Shown piece by piece: positions 10,297-19,173 of a stretch of 64,000 nucleotides of DNA (positions within the stretch are counted from its first letter, which is position 1; each line of letters opens with the position of its first letter). The notes beneath the pieces are model-generated. The model did no database searches. It was not told the origin of the DNA and saw only the letters and a program-made list of their open reading frames with translations. Position numbers and translations under genes: made by a program. Source of the DNA: Bifidobacteriaceae bacterium (GTDB lineage: Bacteria; Actinomycetota; Actinomycetes; Actinomycetales; Bifidobacteriaceae); NCBI GenBank assembly GCA_022651005.1, contig JALCQD010000006.1:8841-72840 (forward strand), in the 5' to 3' direction.

Positions 10297-11307
10297 ATGA
10301 AGAAGAAACTGTTCGCCATTGTCACGGCCATCGTGGTCGGCTGCGGCGTGCTCTTCGGCATGGGAGCGTGTGGCCAGGTGACGGATACATCTGCCGCAAA
10401 GGCCGGCACGGGCAGTTCTGCCGTGAAACCCAAGGAGACGCCTATTGTGGGATATGCCGCCATTGGCCCGGAAACCGCGTGGCGTACCGCCAATGAAAAA
10501 GACGTGCAGAACGCTTTCAAGGAAGCGGGCATGGACTTGGTGTACATGCCCAGCGGTGAGCACAAGGAGCAAGTGGCAACCGTCGAGAAATTCATTCGTG
10601 ACAAGGTGAGCGCGATTCTGTTGTCTCCGGCACAGTCAGCGGGGTGGGAAGCGACGCTCAAAACGGCCAAGGCCGCCAGTATTCCAGTGTTCCTCCTCGA
10701 TCGCACCATTTCTCCGGACACCGCGTCGCTCTATACGGCGAAGATCGGACCGTCGAATACGTGGGCGGGCCGCCTTGCCGCCACGTTTATCAACAAGGCT
10801 TATCCCAAGGGGGCCAAGGGATTCATGCTGGAAGGCCCCGTGACGGGAGCCGATGCCGCGTCTTCCGCAGTGCAGCGCACCCAGGGTTGGGACAAGGCGA
10901 TTGATGACAACATCGCCGTCGTGGATTCCGCAGAAGGGGACTGGAGCACCGAAACGGCCATTAAACAGACCAAGGCCCTCCTTGAGAAATATAAGGATGA
11001 CGATATTTCGTTCATCTTTGCCCAGAATGATGAAATGGGACTGGGCGCATCCGAGGCCGTTGCGGCGGAGGGACTTTCAGACACCATCAAAATTGTGACA
11101 ATCGACGGCACGAAGGCCGGTCTTAAGGCTCTCGTAGCGGGCAAACTCGCGTCGGTGATCGAATACAACCCGTTATTTGGCGCCAAGGCCGCATCGTTAG
11201 TGAGCGCAACGCTGGACGGGAAAAAGGTTGCAAAATCCACTGTCGTATCTTCTCAGGTGTTCACTCCTGAATCAGCGGCCGACGAGTTGCCCACGCGTAA
11301 GTACTGA
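10297..11307 (+). CDS. Sugar-type ABC transporter substrate-binding lipoprotein (periplasmic-binding-protein type 1, RbsB/YtfQ-like)
   Basis: Start chosen at MKKKLFAIVTAIVVGCGVLFGMGACG (signal peptide plus lipobox Cys). The remainder resembles ribose/galactofuranose-type binding proteins (FLLDR, FAQNDEMGLGA). The ORF-track start at 10249 lies upstream of the signal peptide. Confidence 0.8.
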   Translation: MKKKLFAIVTAIVVGCGVLFGMGACGQVTDTSAAKAGTGSSAVKPKETPIVGYAAIGPETAWRTANEKDVQNAFKEAGMDLVYMPSGEHKEQVATVEKFIRDKVSAILLSPAQSAGWEATLKTAKAASIPVFLLDRTISPDTASLYTAKIGPSNTWAGRLAATFINKAYPKGAKGFMLEGPVTGADAASSAVQRTQGWDKAIDDNIAVVDSAEGDWSTETAIKQTKALLEKYKDDDISFIFAQNDEMGLGASEAVAAEGLSDTIKIVTIDGTKAGLKALVAGKLASVIEYNPLFGAKAASLVSATLDGKKVAKSTVVSSQVFTPESAADELPTRKY

Positions 11308-11341
11308 AATAAGTACTGAAGTAGTATGACCGACGCGATAT

Positions 11342-11965
11342 TTATTGCGCCGCCTCTGCCTCATCGAGGGTGGCGAAACCGCCCAGATGTACGGTGTTGA
11401 GAATCGTCTGCTCAGTGATGTTAATACCTTGTGCGCGGTCCTCGAGAATGAGCGCCTGATAATGGTCGAGCGTTGTCTGCGAATAGGTGCTCATCTCTGC
11501 GCGCAGGTATGTTTCGAACGACGTTGTCTCAGCGGTGTCCTCGCTGGTACGCAACACTCGCATTGCCTGGCCGAGCTTGGGAAAGCGGTCTCGGAAATCG
11601 TAGGCCCAGGCCACTTGGAGCGTGATGATGCGCTCCTGCTGCTCGGTGCGGATCTCGTTGATCTTCGGCATGTATGCCGCGAGATTCTGCTGGAAATACT
11701 CGGGGTCGGTGCTCGCCATCATGAGGCCATATTTTTCGGTGAGAAGATTGCGACCGGATTCGTTGGCGCGCTCGAGATCGGCGTGGTATGACTCCAGCGT
11801 CACACGGTTCCACGTCATGAACTGACTTGCTCTCATCTGGAAGAAAGTGGGCCAGTTGCCCTGGCAGTTGGCAGGACCGCCCTCATTATTGACTTCCTGA
11901 AATTGGTCCCATTCCGTCATCACGATTGTTTCGACGAGTTTTGTGAGGTCTTGCGCTTCTGTCAT
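11342..11965 (-). CDS. Hypothetical protein, DUF4125-like
   Basis: Start taken at the internal Met (MTEAQDL), 26 nt downstream of the stop of the upstream gene. The family name is recalled from sequence character and from its usual pairing with DUF4037 proteins; not verified. Confidence 0.65.
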   Translation of the reverse strand: MTEAQDLTKLVETIVMTEWDQFQEVNNEGGPANCQGNWPTFFQMRASQFMTWNRVTLESYHADLERANESGRNLLTEKYGLMMASTDPEYFQQNLAAYMPKINEIRTEQQERIITLQVAWAYDFRDRFPKLGQAMRVLRTSEDTAETTSFETYLRAEMSTYSQTTLDHYQALILEDRAQGINITEQTILNTVHLGGFATLDEAEAAQ

Positions 11966-11991
11966 GAGTGTTCCTGTCCTGTCATTCCGTT

Positions 11992-14061
11992 TTATAAACT
12001 TTTTAGCTGTTGATTTGTAATGGTCTCCTCCACGTAGGGACGCTGCCACTCAAGGAACGTTTCGCTGCTCGTGGTGAGGTTTTCGGCACGCAGATCGCGT
12101 ACGACAAGATCGCAGATGCGTGTGATGTCCTCATAGATTGCATCAGCTGCCGGAGAATGCGGTGCGTCGTATCCGCCGATGTCTCGCGTTGACACAGTGG
12201 CGGAGGTGTTACTGGAATCGGCGAAGCACGCTTGCGAACTTAGCATCATGATGTGCTCCAGCAGTCCGGCAACATCAGCAAGCCGAGTTGCCATGCGTGA
12301 GCTGAGACGTACGAGTGCCGCCATCTCCCATTTGTAATACGGCAAATACCCTGCCGCGGAAGGAGAATTGACGAGAAAGACGAGTGATGCGGCAGAGTGC
12401 GCGAACTCGTTGAGAGAACGCCACGCCGCGGCCCGTGCGCCTGCGTCGCCGTCCAGACTCGAGCGGGCGATCATTCTCGGGAAGTTGTATTGCCCTGCCT
12501 GTGAGAGCATTCCCAGGCGTCGTGATATCAACGACAGGCGCACGTCGTCTGGCATCGCTTTGAAACCGGCACGGATACGACTGAACTCGCCCATAGGATC
12601 AGCGAAAATTGCGCCGTTGGTGGCCGCGGCAAAACTTGCCTCATCGGCAATCAGCCATTGAACGGCCTCAGGGCCCGTGTCTCCTGGAGCCTCGGTAAAA
12701 CCGGTGATCGATTCATAGAATCCGGGAATCGTGAAGACGCCGTCGCGCTTATTCGATCCCTGGGAACGTGGAGTGCGCTGCGGCCCGTGGCCTCCGGCAC
12801 GCCCAAAGCCCATGAATTCGCCGGGCAATGCATCATAATCGCGCTGAAGCTGTTCGCCGAAGTCTTCATAGTCCTCGGGTGTGAGCCACAGGCAGAAGCG
12901 GGGGGCGAAGTCGTGATCGCGGCTGAAGGCGTCGTCGAATCCGTAGCATTCCGATCCATGCCCCACGAGGCCTGCGGCAATGCGGCCGCGCACGGAAGAA
13001 TACTTTTCGGTAATCATCGGCAGGCCGCATTCTTCCCAAAAACGACGTGCGAGCTCGAGGCCGGTGATGCCGGGGCGAGTGGTTGAGGCTGGCGCGCTCG
13101 CGGGGATGGCGTCACTTGTTGGAATGCCGTTATCTTCAGTGGTGTCGGGGTCGTTAGGCGTGAAGCTGTTTTCCACTGTCTGCTGTTTAGCGTGGCGCAC
13201 GGCTGCGAGGTTCTCCGCCGTGATTTTGTAATAGTCGTTATCGGTGCCATAGGAACGGGTGATGAGATCGAGCGCCCTCTCATACACTGCGATGGATTCT
13301 GTATAGCGCCCGGCGAGGAAAAAGGTTTCTCCCGCAGCCGCGAGAGCAGACGAGAAATGGGAGGCGTCTTCATGGTGTCCGGAGCTGAAGATTTTCAGCG
13401 CGGCATCTGCATGGGCGGCTGCTTCGTCTTCTTGCCCGGAACGAGTGCAGACGAGTGCGAGATTCGCGTGCGTCGAACCGACGTCGATGTCCGTGGAAGG
13501 GTCGGGGGAGGCAGCGATGAGAATGCTGAGGGCGGTATCGAGTTCCTTTTGCGCGTCGTCGAAACGATCGAGGTCCGAATAGGCGATCGAAAGGTTATTG
13601 TGCAGTGCGGCGAGCTTGCGGTCGTGTGGATCGAGGGGATGAGATGCGTCGCTGCCCGTGCTTGCGTCAAGGGCCTCCTGATACAGCTGCAGAGCAGTCT
13701 CATAGGAGCCTGCGGCGCGATATTCGGTGGCGGCATTGATGAGAGTTGTTGTGGCGGCTTCTGACCCTTCGATCCCCATGGCGCGGACTAAATCGAGGGC
13801 CTGCTGCGTGGCGTCGATGCCCTTTGCATGCTGGCTCTGGGAACGATAGAACCCCATGATTTCGTTGAGAACGGTGAGTTCCGCACCATGATCGCCAAGC
13901 GTGCGAGTGCGGGCAAGTGCGTCGTTCAAAAACGCTTCCACGCGAGGAGATGCAGTTTTCGAGGCGAAGAGGTCATCGAGATGCGCGAGGAACTCTCGGA
14001 CATCAAAAGCATTACTGGGGGACTGTGCGTCAGCCGTGTCGGGCTCGCCGTTGGTAGCCAT
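11992..14061 (-). CDS. TPR-repeat protein fused to a nucleotidyltransferase-fold / DUF4037-like domain
   Basis: The N-terminal ~290 aa have TPR-like helical repeats (YETALQLYQEALD, FDDAQKELDTALSI, YTESIAVYERALDL). The central region carries a Pol-beta-type NTase signature, GHGSECYGFDDAFSRDHDF (GS...DxD). The C-terminal part is helical. Confidence 0.7.
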   Translation of the reverse strand: MATNGEPDTADAQSPSNAFDVREFLAHLDDLFASKTASPRVEAFLNDALARTRTLGDHGAELTVLNEIMGFYRSQSQHAKGIDATQQALDLVRAMGIEGSEAATTTLINAATEYRAAGSYETALQLYQEALDASTGSDASHPLDPHDRKLAALHNNLSIAYSDLDRFDDAQKELDTALSILIAASPDPSTDIDVGSTHANLALVCTRSGQEDEAAAHADAALKIFSSGHHEDASHFSSALAAAGETFFLAGRYTESIAVYERALDLITRSYGTDNDYYKITAENLAAVRHAKQQTVENSFTPNDPDTTEDNGIPTSDAIPASAPASTTRPGITGLELARRFWEECGLPMITEKYSSVRGRIAAGLVGHGSECYGFDDAFSRDHDFAPRFCLWLTPEDYEDFGEQLQRDYDALPGEFMGFGRAGGHGPQRTPRSQGSNKRDGVFTIPGFYESITGFTEAPGDTGPEAVQWLIADEASFAAATNGAIFADPMGEFSRIRAGFKAMPDDVRLSLISRRLGMLSQAGQYNFPRMIARSSLDGDAGARAAAWRSLNEFAHSAASLVFLVNSPSAAGYLPYYKWEMAALVRLSSRMATRLADVAGLLEHIMMLSSQACFADSSNTSATVSTRDIGGYDAPHSPAADAIYEDITRICDLVVRDLRAENLTTSSETFLEWQRPYVEETITNQQLKSL

Positions 14062-14180
14062 CGATCTTCTCCTTGCTCACATCGTCGTAAGTGCTTCCAA
14101 CTTAGGTGAAGGCGTGAACAGTTACTTCTTCTCACAGCTGTTCACGCGGTGAAATTACTGGAAGAGACGCCTGTACACAC

Positions 14181-14224
14181 AGAGAGGCGCCCACCAATTC
14201 CGAAGAATCAGTGGGCGCCTCTCT
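14181..14224 (-). terminator. Hairpin downstream of the M20 gene (14-bp stem, 16-nt loop, no clear U-tract)
   Basis: AGAGAGGCGCCCAC ... GTGGGCGCCTCTCT, perfect complementarity, located 31 nt beyond the stop of the minus-strand M20 gene. Confidence 0.5.
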
Positions 14225-14254
14225 GCATTGCTCTGCGTAGGTGTAGTGCGATGC

Positions 14255-15526
14255 TTATTTCCTCGTGTCAGTGGCGGCTTCCGGAGTTACTGCCGGAACC
14301 TTTGTTGCGCCAGCTGGGCGTGCCGCTTGCTCGGCTAGGAATTCGGCACGAGAGTCTCCGCTGACAGCTCCTAGAACGGTGCGCGCGATGGCGACAGCGC
14401 CGTCGAGGCAAGCATCATCCGCCGCGGGCGACTCGGCGTCCTTCGCGAATGCCGCATTGTGAGGTGATGAGACGCTGCCCAGAACGGAAATCGCCGGGTG
14501 AATGGCGGGAACGACTTGTGTCACGTTGCCCATGTCGGTGCTCGCACCGTGCATGCCTCGAGTCTCGCTCACTACGCGGCCCGTGCTGGCAATAGCTGCG
14601 TCCCACAGTGCCGCCAAAATGGGATTCTGCTTGAGTTCGCGGTAGCGGGGCTCGGCCTGCACATATTCCCAGGAGCACCCGGTGGCGGTGGCTCCGGCCT
14701 CGAAGCAGGCCAACATGCGTGTGCGCGCATCCTCAAGCACTGCCTCTGAGTTGGCGCGTACTTCGGCGCGCATCTGGGAAGTTCCGGGAATGATATTTGT
14801 GGCGTCACCCGCGTCGGCAACGTAGGTGTTCAGGTGCACTTCGGCCGGTAACGTCTGGCGCAGCAGGCCGATGCCCACCTGCGCCACGACGGTTGCTGCC
14901 GCTGCGTTGATGCCCATTTCAGGGAAGGCATCGGCGTGTGCGGCCTTGCCGGTATATGTCACATTGAAGCGGTCGACGGCGCGCGTGGTGGTTTTCTCGC
15001 ACTTGATGTCGTCGTTGCCGGGATCAGGATGGCACATGAGAGAAATCGTCGCATCCTCCCAGCCGCCGTGCTCCAGCATGATTGCCTTGCCGGCGCCGTG
15101 CTCCTCAGCGGGAGTTCCCAGCAGGGTGAGAGTGATGCCGAGCTTATCCACGAGCGGCTTGAGTGCGAGACCTGCCCCAATTGACATCGTGGCAATGATG
15201 TTGTGACCGCATGCGTGGCCGATACCGGGTAGCGCGTCGTACTCCACGCAAATGGTGACGTGGAAGTCGCCGGAACCGGTGGTTGCCTTGAACGATGTGG
15301 GGATGCCATACACACCCGCTTCAACGGAGAATCCGCGGTCTCGCAGGAAGCCCTGAATGAGTGCCGTTGTTTCCTTTTCTTCGAAGCTGAGTTCGGGATT
15401 GTCGTGAATCTGGTGGCTCAGCTTCAGCAACGCTGCCTTGCTGTCGGCAACAGTAGTGCCAATAGCTGCGCTCGCTGCTGCGTACTCGGCGGAGTTTTCG
15501 CTCTTATCGGTTTCTGTAAATGTCAT
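14255..15526 (-). CDS. M20-family amidohydrolase / aminoacylase-type metallopeptidase
   Basis: 423 aa. Has the metal-binding motif context HACGHN and a dimerisation-domain architecture typical of M20D amidohydrolases (hippurate hydrolase/AbgB-like). Confidence 0.85.
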   Translation of the reverse strand: MTFTETDKSENSAEYAAASAAIGTTVADSKAALLKLSHQIHDNPELSFEEKETTALIQGFLRDRGFSVEAGVYGIPTSFKATTGSGDFHVTICVEYDALPGIGHACGHNIIATMSIGAGLALKPLVDKLGITLTLLGTPAEEHGAGKAIMLEHGGWEDATISLMCHPDPGNDDIKCEKTTTRAVDRFNVTYTGKAAHADAFPEMGINAAAATVVAQVGIGLLRQTLPAEVHLNTYVADAGDATNIIPGTSQMRAEVRANSEAVLEDARTRMLACFEAGATATGCSWEYVQAEPRYRELKQNPILAALWDAAIASTGRVVSETRGMHGASTDMGNVTQVVPAIHPAISVLGSVSSPHNAAFAKDAESPAADDACLDGAVAIARTVLGAVSGDSRAEFLAEQAARPAGATKVPAVTPEAATDTRK

Positions 15527-15589
15527 GAATCGCCTTTCGTACAGTTCAATTGTCTCGGGTGCCCGGACGCGATGCTCGAAATGTGTCTT

Positions 15590-16984
15590 TCAGCTCCACA
15601 GTCCCAGCGCAAACTCGGCTACGCATACGGAGAGGAGGCAGGACGCTGCCACGGAAACAGTTCCGACGGGGATGATCTTCCATCCCAAGCCCTTGAGCAA
15701 GCCCAGCTTGCTGCCGATGGTGAGGCCGGCAACGGTGAGAATCAGCGTGCACACGGACACGAAGTCGGTGTTGTTGGTCCAGTCCACGATGGCGCCGGCC
15801 ACAGGGCTGATGGGGCAGGTGAGCAGCACGCCCAGCGTGATGGTGATGGGCATGGGGCCGAGCTTGCCGCGGAAGAGCTTGGAAAGTCCCATGGCGGCGA
15901 AGATGATGGCAAGTATCACTGCATAGCCGGCAACGGTTTTCCATGTGATGGACTTTGTTGCTACCCAGGAGATGAGGATGCCGACTACCGCCAGCACGCT
16001 CAGCGCCACGGCTGCAGGCACGTGGACGTCGCTCTTCTCCTTGTCCGACGCGTCTTCCGAGACGGCAAGCTGCGCTCGCTGTTCATCGCTGATGGGGTGG
16101 AGATCTGAGCCGGTGAAGTGGTTATAGATCTTCTCTGCTACTGGCAAGGAGATGAAGGTTCCCACGTACACACCCAGCATTCCGGTGATGATGTTGGAGG
16201 TGGCGGCTACGGCGAGCACCTGCTGCTGCATGGCGGGATGCGCCTGTGTCACGGCCGCAGTGGCAGCGGCCATCATGGAGTTGGACCCCACGCCGGAGCC
16301 CATGGCGAGAGCAAGGGGATCGAAGATGTGGAGAGATTCAGTTACTGAGGCGATGAGGCCAACGATGATGGTGCCGAACAGCGTTCCGAAGATATACATG
16401 GTGAGAACACCAGTGTATTGCGGGGAGTTGGTGCCGTAGCGGTCTCCGACCATGGCGAAAGCTGTTTCGCGGTCGATTGAGAAGGTGGCGCCCACGGTGG
16501 GAGCTCCCATGCGTAGCAGCAGTGCGAGGGGCAGGGCTAAGCAGAGAGTACCGAGCAGATGGCCCACCTCTTGCAGCAGCAGCGCAGGGCCGGATTGCCA
16601 TAGCATGGCGACGGAGGGTCCCATGGTGACGGCGAGGCGGATCAGCAGCACAAGCACAGCGACCTCCATGAAGGAGTTGGCCGCCTTCTCAATGGTTTTG
16701 CCCATGGGCTTGACGCGTTGCGCCGAGATGATGGTGCAGGCGATAAGGCCCCAGAGCATCGGCAAAAGTGTCACCGAGATTTGGCCGCCGAGCGGGATGG
16801 TGAAGGATCCGATTGCTTCTGCGATTGCTGCCACAATGAGCACGATGGCAAAAGTGATGGCCGTTGCCTTGCGGGCGGCAGGGGAGAAACCCTTATGCGG
16901 GCTTGTGGCGCTTTCCTTCTTGGTGGGGGATAATTCCGCTTCGGTTGATGATGAGGGCACTGCTGCGGACTGAGCCGTTGACAT
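15590..16984 (-). CDS. Polytopic membrane protein (putative transporter; N-terminal part DUF3100-like)
   Basis: Start chosen at MSTAQSAAV, preceded by GAGGAAGAAG. Many hydrophobic spans. The segment LPLALLLRMGAPTVGATFSIDRETAFA resembles DUF3100 proteins, which commonly neighbour M20 peptidases (family recalled, unverified). Lies 63 nt upstream of the M20 gene on the same strand. Confidence 0.7.
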   Translation of the reverse strand: MSTAQSAAVPSSSTEAELSPTKKESATSPHKGFSPAARKATAITFAIVLIVAAIAEAIGSFTIPLGGQISVTLLPMLWGLIACTIISAQRVKPMGKTIEKAANSFMEVAVLVLLIRLAVTMGPSVAMLWQSGPALLLQEVGHLLGTLCLALPLALLLRMGAPTVGATFSIDRETAFAMVGDRYGTNSPQYTGVLTMYIFGTLFGTIIVGLIASVTESLHIFDPLALAMGSGVGSNSMMAAATAAVTQAHPAMQQQVLAVAATSNIITGMLGVYVGTFISLPVAEKIYNHFTGSDLHPISDEQRAQLAVSEDASDKEKSDVHVPAAVALSVLAVVGILISWVATKSITWKTVAGYAVILAIIFAAMGLSKLFRGKLGPMPITITLGVLLTCPISPVAGAIVDWTNNTDFVSVCTLILTVAGLTIGSKLGLLKGLGWKIIPVGTVSVAASCLLSVCVAEFALGLWS

Positions 16985-17161
16985 CGAGTCTTCTTCCTCT
17001 GGCTGTGTATACGGTGCATGGGCTCTTGCGTTCTTACGTATTCTGAGCGAGAGCCGTATGGCAGTGTGGGGCGAGCACATAGACTCAATGTTTCGAAACG
17101 TCGACGCGCGTGTTGTGAGGATGTTACATAGTGCGTGGGGTGCGTCACACAACGGGGGAAA

Positions 17162-17193
17162 TAAAAAAAGGAACGTTGAAATATCAACGTTCC
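17162..17193 (-). terminator. Rho-independent terminator downstream of tRNA-Pro
   Basis: The minus strand reads GGAACGTTGA-TATT-TCAACGTTCC followed by TTTTTTTAT. Confidence 0.85.
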
Positions 17194-17203
17194 TTGCTAA
17201 GGG

Positions 17204-17277
17204 TCGGGCTGGCGGGATTTGAACCCGCGGCCTCCTCGTCCCGAACGAGGCGCGCTACCAAGCTGCGCTACAGCCCG
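17204..17277 (-). tRNA. tRNA-Pro (anticodon CGG)
   Basis: Folded by hand: acceptor CGGGCTG/CAGCCCG, D stem GCGC/GCGC, anticodon stem CCTCG/CGAGG with loop TTCGGGA, T arm GCGGG-TTCAAAT-CCCGC. CCA is not encoded. Confidence 0.95.
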
Positions 17278-17460
17278 ATATTTTGTATGCCAACGCACTG
17301 AGTGCCATGTGTCACGCAAAACAATACGAGGTTACACCAGATTAGAAATATGCTCAAACGCGTGTGTTGTCGGTGATGCGCGTTTGCACCCTTGTCGGAA
17401 AGTGTGCATAGATGCCGCATCGACCTTATATATAGGCGTGCCTGCGTACACTGGTGAACC

Positions 17461-19137
17461 ATGACTAATGAGACCAATGCCGCCGCGCAAGACGCGACAC
17501 AAGAGCAGGAACAGAGCGCTCAGGACTCCTTGACCACTGTCGAACGCGCCGAGCTGCTCATGAAGCAAGACGAGGCCGTTGCCTCCAGCATCAATGAGGG
17601 CGCCAGCGTCGATGAGGCAGCCGAGGCGGCTCTCGCCGAATTCGGCGAGCAATCCCATCCCGAGCAGGTGCTCGTGCGTGTTGCTAAGCGCGCCGAAATG
17701 TTGAAGGAGGGCGGACAGCCCTATCCTGTGCACTTCGACGTCACCTCCACTATTGAAGAGGTCCGTGCGAAGTATGACGGCACGCTCGACGCCGGCGAGG
17801 AAACCACCGATGTGGTCGGCATTGCAGGACGAGTGCTCTTCCTGCGCAATACCGGCGGCTTGTGCTTCGTCCAGCTCGCGGCAGGTGATGGCACTGCCAT
17901 CCAGGCCATGATTTCTAAGCACGAGGTGGGCCCGGATTCCCTCAAGCGTTTCAAGCATCTCGTGGATCTTGGCGACCACCTTTACGTGCGCGGCCGCGTC
18001 ATTGCCTCCAAAACGGGCGAGCTGTCGGTTTTCGCTACGGAATGGGATATCGCCTCCAAGGCATTGCGCCCGCTTCCCGCTCTTCACAAGGAGCTGAGCG
18101 AAGAACAGCGCACCCGCAAGCCGTATATTGCCATGATCGCCGACGATTCCACGCGCAACATGGTGCGCAACCGTGCCAAGGCGGTGGCATCGCTGCGCAA
18201 GAACTTCGACGAGCGCGGCTACATGGAAGCCGAGACTCCCATGCTGCAGACGGTTCACGGTGGTGCTGCGGCGCGTCCCTTCACCACTCACATGAACGCC
18301 TTTGATATCGATTTGTTCCTCCGCATCGCTCCGGAGCTCTTCCTCAAGCGCATGCTGGTGGGCGGCATCGACCGCGTGTTCGAAATCAACCGTGATTTCC
18401 GCAACGAGGGCGTGGACGCAACCCACGCACCGGAATTCACCATGGTTGAGGCGTATCAGGCGTACGGAACGTATGACACGATGGCCGAGCTCACCAAGAA
18501 TCTCATCCAGCGTGCGGCCCAGGATACCTTCGGAACCCAGGTTGTCACGCTCGCCGGCGGAGAGGAATACGATCTCGGTGGCGAGTGGAAGTCCATCACC
18601 ATGTACGGCTCGCTGTCCGAGTCGTTGGGCGAGGAAATCACGCCGGAGACCTCGGTGAAGCACCTGCGCGAGCTTGCCGACAAGTTCGGGCTCGAGGAAG
18701 AAGCCGCCGAGAACCATGGAAAGCTCGTGGAGCATCTCTGGGAGCACTTCTACACGGAGGATCCGCACACATTGTGGGCGCCTACCTTTGTACGTGACTT
18801 CCCCGTGGAGACCTCCCCGCTTACCAAGTCGCACCGCACCATTCCGGGCGTCGTGGAGAAGTGGGATTTGTATGTGCGTGGTTTCGAGCTGGGAACTGCA
18901 TACTCCGAGCTCAACGACCCGGTAGTGCAGCGCGAGCGTTTCGTGCAGCAGGCTCAGCAGGCCATGGCAGGTGACGATGAGGCCATGGACATTGACGAGG
19001 ACTTCATCGAGGCGTTGGGAGTGGGCATGCCCCCCGCGGGTGGTATGGGCATGGGCATTGATCGTCTGCTCATTGCGCTCACTGGCATGACTGCTCGCGA
19101 GACCATCACTTTCCCGCTGGTAAAGCCGCTGAAGTAA
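17461..19137 (+). CDS. lysS: Lysine--tRNA ligase, class II
   Basis: 558 aa with class II motifs (RVFEINRDFRNEG, GGMGMGIDRLLIAL) and an OB-fold anticodon-binding region. Confidence 0.95.
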   Translation: MTNETNAAAQDATQEQEQSAQDSLTTVERAELLMKQDEAVASSINEGASVDEAAEAALAEFGEQSHPEQVLVRVAKRAEMLKEGGQPYPVHFDVTSTIEEVRAKYDGTLDAGEETTDVVGIAGRVLFLRNTGGLCFVQLAAGDGTAIQAMISKHEVGPDSLKRFKHLVDLGDHLYVRGRVIASKTGELSVFATEWDIASKALRPLPALHKELSEEQRTRKPYIAMIADDSTRNMVRNRAKAVASLRKNFDERGYMEAETPMLQTVHGGAAARPFTTHMNAFDIDLFLRIAPELFLKRMLVGGIDRVFEINRDFRNEGVDATHAPEFTMVEAYQAYGTYDTMAELTKNLIQRAAQDTFGTQVVTLAGGEEYDLGGEWKSITMYGSLSESLGEEITPETSVKHLRELADKFGLEEEAAENHGKLVEHLWEHFYTEDPHTLWAPTFVRDFPVETSPLTKSHRTIPGVVEKWDLYVRGFELGTAYSELNDPVVQRERFVQQAQQAMAGDDEAMDIDEDFIEALGVGMPPAGGMGMGIDRLLIALTGMTARETITFPLVKPLK

Positions 19138-19173
19138 TACGCGTGGTGAGGTTGTGGAAGGTGGCGACGCACT

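Noticed and set aside
17278-17460. T-box or lysine riboswitch upstream of lysS
   Set aside because: The region is only 183 nt and is shared with the divergent tRNA-Pro promoter. No T-box consensus (GGTGGTACCGCG-like) and no L-box features were seen.
17332-18834. 500-aa ORF on the minus strand, antisense to lysS
   Set aside because: Long antisense ORFs are expected in high-GC DNA. The plus-strand frame has unmistakable LysRS motifs, whereas the antisense product is low-complexity (Arg/Gly/Leu/His-rich) with no recognisable motif.
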